This document shows, one piece after another, positions 17,690 through 21,772 of a DNA stretch of 21,772 nucleotides (the first letter of the stretch is position 1; each line of letters opens with the position of its first letter). The position numbers were made by a program, and so were the translations under genes. The DNA lies in the IMG/VR virus record IMGVR_UViG_3300024268_004547; one strand, given 5' to 3'. This stretch comes from a virus. Below the pieces are notes generated by a model, which did not search any database, was not told the origin of the DNA, and saw only the letters and a program-made list of their open reading frames with translations.

Positions 17690-18528
17690 TTAATATGTCA
17701 TATACAGCTCCAGACCTTTCCGATATTCTATCTAATGAGCAGGAACTGAACACCAGATTAACAAGTTTAAAAACTTTACTTGAAAATCAACTGGATGATT
17801 TAAGCACAAGCCATTCCAGCAATGATTCAATTTTAAAGTTAATAAGTATGATAAGCAATCCTCCAGTCTGGAAGATTGAGAGAAGTTCAACATATGATTC
17901 TGGCCAATTGGGAGATCGTGTTGCAGTAACCGGATGTGATGTATATTCATGGAACAGATACAATCCAACAACCTATGAAGATAACGATTACTGGTATCTT
18001 CAATCTTTAGCAAAGAGTTCAAATGCAACAGCATGGGGATTATTCAACACAGGCACAATCAATCCAACAGATAGTTTTGATTTGGTAGTATATGGAAGAG
18101 CAATGGCTAACTTTAACAATAATGCTTTTTCAGGCGTAGGTTTTAGCTATGGTACTCCAACAGCAAATTCTCCATTCTCAGGTTTTTATATTGGAATTAC
18201 ATTAGATTCAGGAACATATCATCCGGCATATGCAATATTCAATAACAGTACAACACCAACAATAACAAAAATGGATTATGGAACATATGATTCCACAAAC
18301 CAAAAATTCAGATTACACATGATACATGATGAGGATTATTTGGCAGTATACTGGTTTAAGGATAAGGAATTCCTATGGAATGATTGGATTAACATATCAG
18401 ATTTACCATCCGGATATTCCAGTGCAGATTTGAAGATGAGTTATGTAAGCCATGGAACAGGCCTTGGAAGAAATGCATATGTTCCTAGACTGGAGTTGGC
18501 CTCACCATGCAGATTAAACATATTATAA
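17686..18528 (+). CDS. Putative receptor-binding/fibre-tip protein (N-terminal coiled coil, beta-sandwich C-terminus)
   Basis: The helical N-terminus (LNTRLTSLKTLLENQL) is followed by an aromatic-rich beta region. The start is probably ATG 17695. Confidence 0.45.
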   Translation: MINMSYTAPDLSDILSNEQELNTRLTSLKTLLENQLDDLSTSHSSNDSILKLISMISNPPVWKIERSSTYDSGQLGDRVAVTGCDVYSWNRYNPTTYEDNDYWYLQSLAKSSNATAWGLFNTGTINPTDSFDLVVYGRAMANFNNNAFSGVGFSYGTPTANSPFSGFYIGITLDSGTYHPAYAIFNNSTTPTITKMDYGTYDSTNQKFRLHMIHDEDYLAVYWFKDKEFLWNDWINISDLPSGYSSADLKMSYVSHGTGLGRNAYVPRLELASPCRLNIL

Positions 18529-18543
18529 TAGGGGTGATTAAAA

Positions 18544-19626
18544 TTGTCAATTGCAAGTGATGTAATCAATACAAATACAAAATTAACAGCCGTAAGGAAT
18601 GCATTGAGGGAATTATTAACAGAGCACGGAATAGTCTATTATAGCGATGATGATGTTTTCACATTAGCACGAAGAGTATGGTTTTTAGTTCATCCAACTA
18701 ATGGAGCACCTGGAGGCTCATACACTGAGGCGGCTGCAGTCGGCCAACCAGTTAATGTTAGTGTTTACAAGGATTGTGATGATGATGCAGAATTGCCTGA
18801 TGGTGCGGTTGCGGATTTTATCATAAGCATCAACGGTGAAGAGAAAATCCATATCAAATCATTATTCGATAACGGCACTGCTCGGTGTTCATATGTTCCT
18901 GAAAATGCTGGAGATACATTATCAATCAAAGCATTAGTTAATGATTATGTAGGAGTGCATTTTGAAAAGGAAGTATTGGCATTCAGATATAAAGACGAAT
19001 ATACTGTGAGTTCTGATTCATATACGCTAGTTAAATATCCAAGTACTGCAGACATTACCGTTAGTGAAGTGGCTGAATTCAACAGTTCTTATGATTATGT
19101 TAATGCGATTGAAATTTCAAAAACCTACGGTGCAGCACAGGCCGCTTATTTGATACCAACCAGTTTAATTGAAGGTGTGGATTTATCTGAAAAGGGAATT
19201 CACTTCTCATCTTTTGTAAGTCCAATGTATTCATCATCAAGCGGTTGGGCTTCAGGAATTTGCCTTCTGAATTCAAAAACATTAACACACTACCGTGACA
19301 ACAAGATACTGGAACTTGGAGCATATCCCGGTAAAAAGGGATTGCAATATTCAGGAACCGATCATACAATAAATACGATAAATACAACAACCGGACAGTT
19401 AAGCATTAATGGTGCCTATAAATTTAATTTATGGTATGATGGAGCATATGTTAAAGCTACAATCACAGATTACTGGGGAACAACAACATATTATAGCTAT
19501 GAAACATCCTCACTTCCAGATGCAATAGCTAATATGGACACAGTATTTCCAGCATTCATGATTTATGATTACGGTGGAAAAATAAGATTCAGAGAAACAG
19601 TTATAGAACCATGGAGCAAGGATTAA
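18544..19626 (+). CDS. Putative receptor-binding/fibre-tip protein
   Basis: TTG start after SD GGGGTGA. N-terminal SIASDV...AVRNALRELLTEHGI helix of the kind seen in phage fibre proteins, then an Ig-like segment and a lectin-like beta-rich C-terminus. Confidence 0.45.
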   Translation: MSIASDVINTNTKLTAVRNALRELLTEHGIVYYSDDDVFTLARRVWFLVHPTNGAPGGSYTEAAAVGQPVNVSVYKDCDDDAELPDGAVADFIISINGEEKIHIKSLFDNGTARCSYVPENAGDTLSIKALVNDYVGVHFEKEVLAFRYKDEYTVSSDSYTLVKYPSTADITVSEVAEFNSSYDYVNAIEISKTYGAAQAAYLIPTSLIEGVDLSEKGIHFSSFVSPMYSSSSGWASGICLLNSKTLTHYRDNKILELGAYPGKKGLQYSGTDHTINTINTTTGQLSINGAYKFNLWYDGAYVKATITDYWGTTTYYSYETSSLPDAIANMDTVFPAFMIYDYGGKIRFRETVIEPWSKD

Positions 19627-19627
19627 G

Positions 19628-20563
19628 ATGGCTGAAAAAGAATGGATAGAAATCGGACCTGTGAGAGGAGATACAGGACCTAAAGGAGATACTGGAGACA
19701 TTGGAATTGGAACTGTAATAAAAGGACATTATGATAATTACTCAGAGTTCATTGCAGTTCACCCTTCAGGTAGTTTAGGTGATGCATATATAGTAGATGG
19801 CAGCTATTACTACTGGAACGAAAACGGCTGGGCAAATGCAGGCTCTGTAAAAGGTGATACTGGAGCAACAGGTGAGAAAGGACAACAAGGACCTAAAGGA
19901 GATACTGGAGATACAGGAGCTACTGGCGATACTGGACCGGCCGGGGCAAAGGGGGACACTGGAGCTACTGGCACTGGCATCACTATTAAAGGTTCGTATA
20001 ATACTTATGAGGAATTAATAGCTGAACATCCAACTGGTAATGATGGAGATAGCTATTTAGTAAACGGATCTCTTTATGTCTGGAATGGAGCTGCTTGGGA
20101 AAACGTAGGAAACATAAAAGGAGAAAAAGGAGATACTGGAGCTACAGGTGCAACTGGAGCAACCGGAAGTAAAGGTGATAAAGGAGACAAAGGCGATACT
20201 GGTGCAACAGGTCAGGGCAGTGATGAGGAGGCCGGATGGAAGTTACCAGTTGATAAAATACAAACCACAACAACATTGCCGACAGGTGTCAGTAAAGGTT
20301 ATCGTGTAGCTATTGTAACCAGTTCTGTCATGGCCATTAAAGAGTATAACGGCAGTTCATGGGATACTGAAACACTTGACCAGTATTCAGTGATACCTTT
20401 AAAGCATTCTGGAAGTATACAGATGTATTTGGCAAAATCAACAGGGCCAGTTTATATGGGTGTTGAATATGGTGTCTTTGGTAAGTTTAGATTTATGACT
20501 CAGGCAGCATATGATGCGTTAGGTAGCTATGATGAGGATACAATTTATTTTGTGAGAAGCTAA
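19628..20563 (+). CDS. Collagen-like fibre protein with two complete repeat modules
   Basis: Gly-X-Y tracts and two full I.GSY...HP.G..GD.Y.V.G..YxWNxxxWxNxGxxKG modules. The C-terminus is MTQAAYDALGSYDEDTIYFVRS. Confidence 0.9.
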   Translation: MAEKEWIEIGPVRGDTGPKGDTGDIGIGTVIKGHYDNYSEFIAVHPSGSLGDAYIVDGSYYYWNENGWANAGSVKGDTGATGEKGQQGPKGDTGDTGATGDTGPAGAKGDTGATGTGITIKGSYNTYEELIAEHPTGNDGDSYLVNGSLYVWNGAAWENVGNIKGEKGDTGATGATGATGSKGDKGDKGDTGATGQGSDEEAGWKLPVDKIQTTTTLPTGVSKGYRVAIVTSSVMAIKEYNGSSWDTETLDQYSVIPLKHSGSIQMYLAKSTGPVYMGVEYGVFGKFRFMTQAAYDALGSYDEDTIYFVRS

Positions 20564-20626
20564 TGTATTTCAAATAATTTATTATATATGAATGTGATAA
20601 TAATTATTATTGAAAGGTGATTTTTC

Positions 20627-20920
20627 ATGATTTACACTATTGAAGAAATTAAGCAAAAGGCTATTCCAATCGCACAGGAGTATGGTGTTGACAGCATGAG
20701 TCTGTTTGGATCATATGCCCGAGGCGAAGCTAGTGAGGATAGTGATTTGGATTTTTTCATTGATCGTGGAGATATAAAAGGTTTATTGGACTATATTGGA
20801 TTTGTCCAAGACCTGGAGGAAATTTTCAAGTGTCATGTTGATGTTGTATCAACAGGAATTGAAGATAAAAACTTTTTGGCAATAATTAAAAAAGACGGAG
20901 TTCTTATCTATGAAAAATAA
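20627..20920 (+). CDS. MNT nucleotidyltransferase antitoxin (MntA-like)
   Basis: LFGSYARGEASEDSDLDF (GS-X10-DXD) and HVDVVS motifs; overlaps the HEPN gene. Confidence 0.9.
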   Translation: MIYTIEEIKQKAIPIAQEYGVDSMSLFGSYARGEASEDSDLDFFIDRGDIKGLLDYIGFVQDLEEIFKCHVDVVSTGIEDKNFLAIIKKDGVLIYEK

Positions 20921-21245
20921 TGATATTCAATATGTTAAAAAAATTATTGAATACTGTGACATTGCAGATAATCTGTTGGATGAATATGAACGAGATTATC
21001 TTCTCTTTCAAACATCACAATCTTTTCAGTTATCCACAAGCATGTGCATTGTTCAAATTGGAGAATACGTTTCAAGATTGTCCGATGAGTTTAAAGAAAA
21101 ACATGACAATATCCCATGGAAGCAAATCAAAGGAATGAGGAACTTTGCGGCTCACCAATATGAACATTTTGAATTTGAAGTGTTATGGCACACCATCACA
21201 GAAGAGCTTCCGGAACTAAAAGAAAGCCTATTGCCACTAATATAA
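20910..21245 (+). CDS. DUF86/HepT-like HEPN ribonuclease toxin
   Basis: IPWKQIKGMRNFAAHQY contains the R-X4-H-X-Y motif; also QIGE and LWHTI motifs. Confidence 0.9.
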   Translation: MKNNDIQYVKKIIEYCDIADNLLDEYERDYLLFQTSQSFQLSTSMCIVQIGEYVSRLSDEFKEKHDNIPWKQIKGMRNFAAHQYEHFEFEVLWHTITEELPELKESLLPLI

Positions 21246-21264
21246 ATCTAAAGAGGTGTTTTTT

Positions 21265-21405
21265 ATGGCAAGACCAATCGGGACAACTCCTGTTTTTGAA
21301 GGTGAAGATGCAATTGCTGTTTTAAAAGAAATGCAAGAACCACCTACTCAGGAAGATAAAGAGTTTGCAAAAGAAATAAGAAATCAGAGGATTGTATTGT
21401 TCTAG
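21265..21405 (+). CDS. 46-aa protein paralogous to 8903..9052 (not in ORF track)
   Basis: SD GAGGTG at 21253-21258. Translation: MARPIGTTPVFEGEDAIAVLKEMQEPPTQEDKEFAKEIRNQRIVLF. Confidence 0.7.
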   Translation: MARPIGTTPVFEGEDAIAVLKEMQEPPTQEDKEFAKEIRNQRIVLF

Positions 21406-21452
21406 ATTATAACTCCCTTATTATTTTAATTATTAACTTAAATCTTGTCCTT

Positions 21453-21734
21453 TCATAATCTATTTTTTATCTGCTCTTTTGTCATCTCATGTAAATCGAA
21501 TGCCCATCGATCCCATAGAAAATATTCTTCATCATCTTCGTCTTCACGGTAATCCTCAAGTGTCCTATTGCATTCTATGCCATATTTGTCTGCAATAGTT
21601 TTTATTTTATTGTAATAGTTTTTAGAATGTTCCAGTAGATTATATTCATCGGTCCAGTTTATGTTGTGCTCTCCCTGCACTACTCCTAACCGGTACATGT
21701 CATTAAGACATTCTTCATTGTTTTTATGTATCAT
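21453..21734 (-). CDS. Hypothetical acidic protein (93 aa), minus strand
   Basis: The protein listed in the track (MIHKNNEE...) reads from the reverse complement: CAT ends at 21734 and TCA occupies 21453-21455. The + label is wrong. Confidence 0.65.
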   Translation of the reverse strand: MIHKNNEECLNDMYRLGVVQGEHNINWTDEYNLLEHSKNYYNKIKTIADKYGIECNRTLEDYREDEDDEEYFLWDRWAFDLHEMTKEQIKNRL

Positions 21735-21772
21735 ATATTATTAATTTTCTCTTTTAGGTTATAGTATTTTCC

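Overview
The AT-rich sequence, GGAGGTG-type ribosome-binding sites, TTTATATA boxes and adhesin-like protein (ALP) families point to a methanogenic archaeon, probably Methanobrevibacter-like (inferred, not database-checked). Bases 1-6650 hold cell-surface genes: the 3' end of a beta-propeller protein and two large ALPs, each ending in a hairpin plus T-tract terminator. From about 6900 to 20563 lies a head-tail virus-type morphogenesis cluster. It encodes a portal, a Mu-gpI-like protease/scaffold, a DUF2341-like protein, two paralogous capsid-decoration-like proteins, two holin-like membrane proteins, a GT-A glycosyltransferase, collagen-like fibre proteins and lectin-like putative receptor-binding proteins. 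No terminase, major capsid protein, integrase or endolysin is recognisable in the window. The cluster is interleaved with three toxin-antitoxin-type modules: a GNAT with a 49-aa peptide, an MNT-HEPN pair, and an MNT-DUF86/HepT pair followed by a 46-aa peptide. The most notable signals are: (i) a fibre module that is continuous in one gene but split at the same point across two gene boundaries, suggesting chain-linking of fibre subunits; (ii) a conserved promoter-like motif ahead of four virion-gene blocks; (iii) imperfect ~57-bp direct repeats bracketing the MNT-HEPN pair; (iv) a GC-rich multi-hairpin non-coding block where the capsid gene would be expected; and (v) several small ORFs absent from the supplied track. 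The last ORF in the track (21453-21734) is labelled + but lies on the minus strand.
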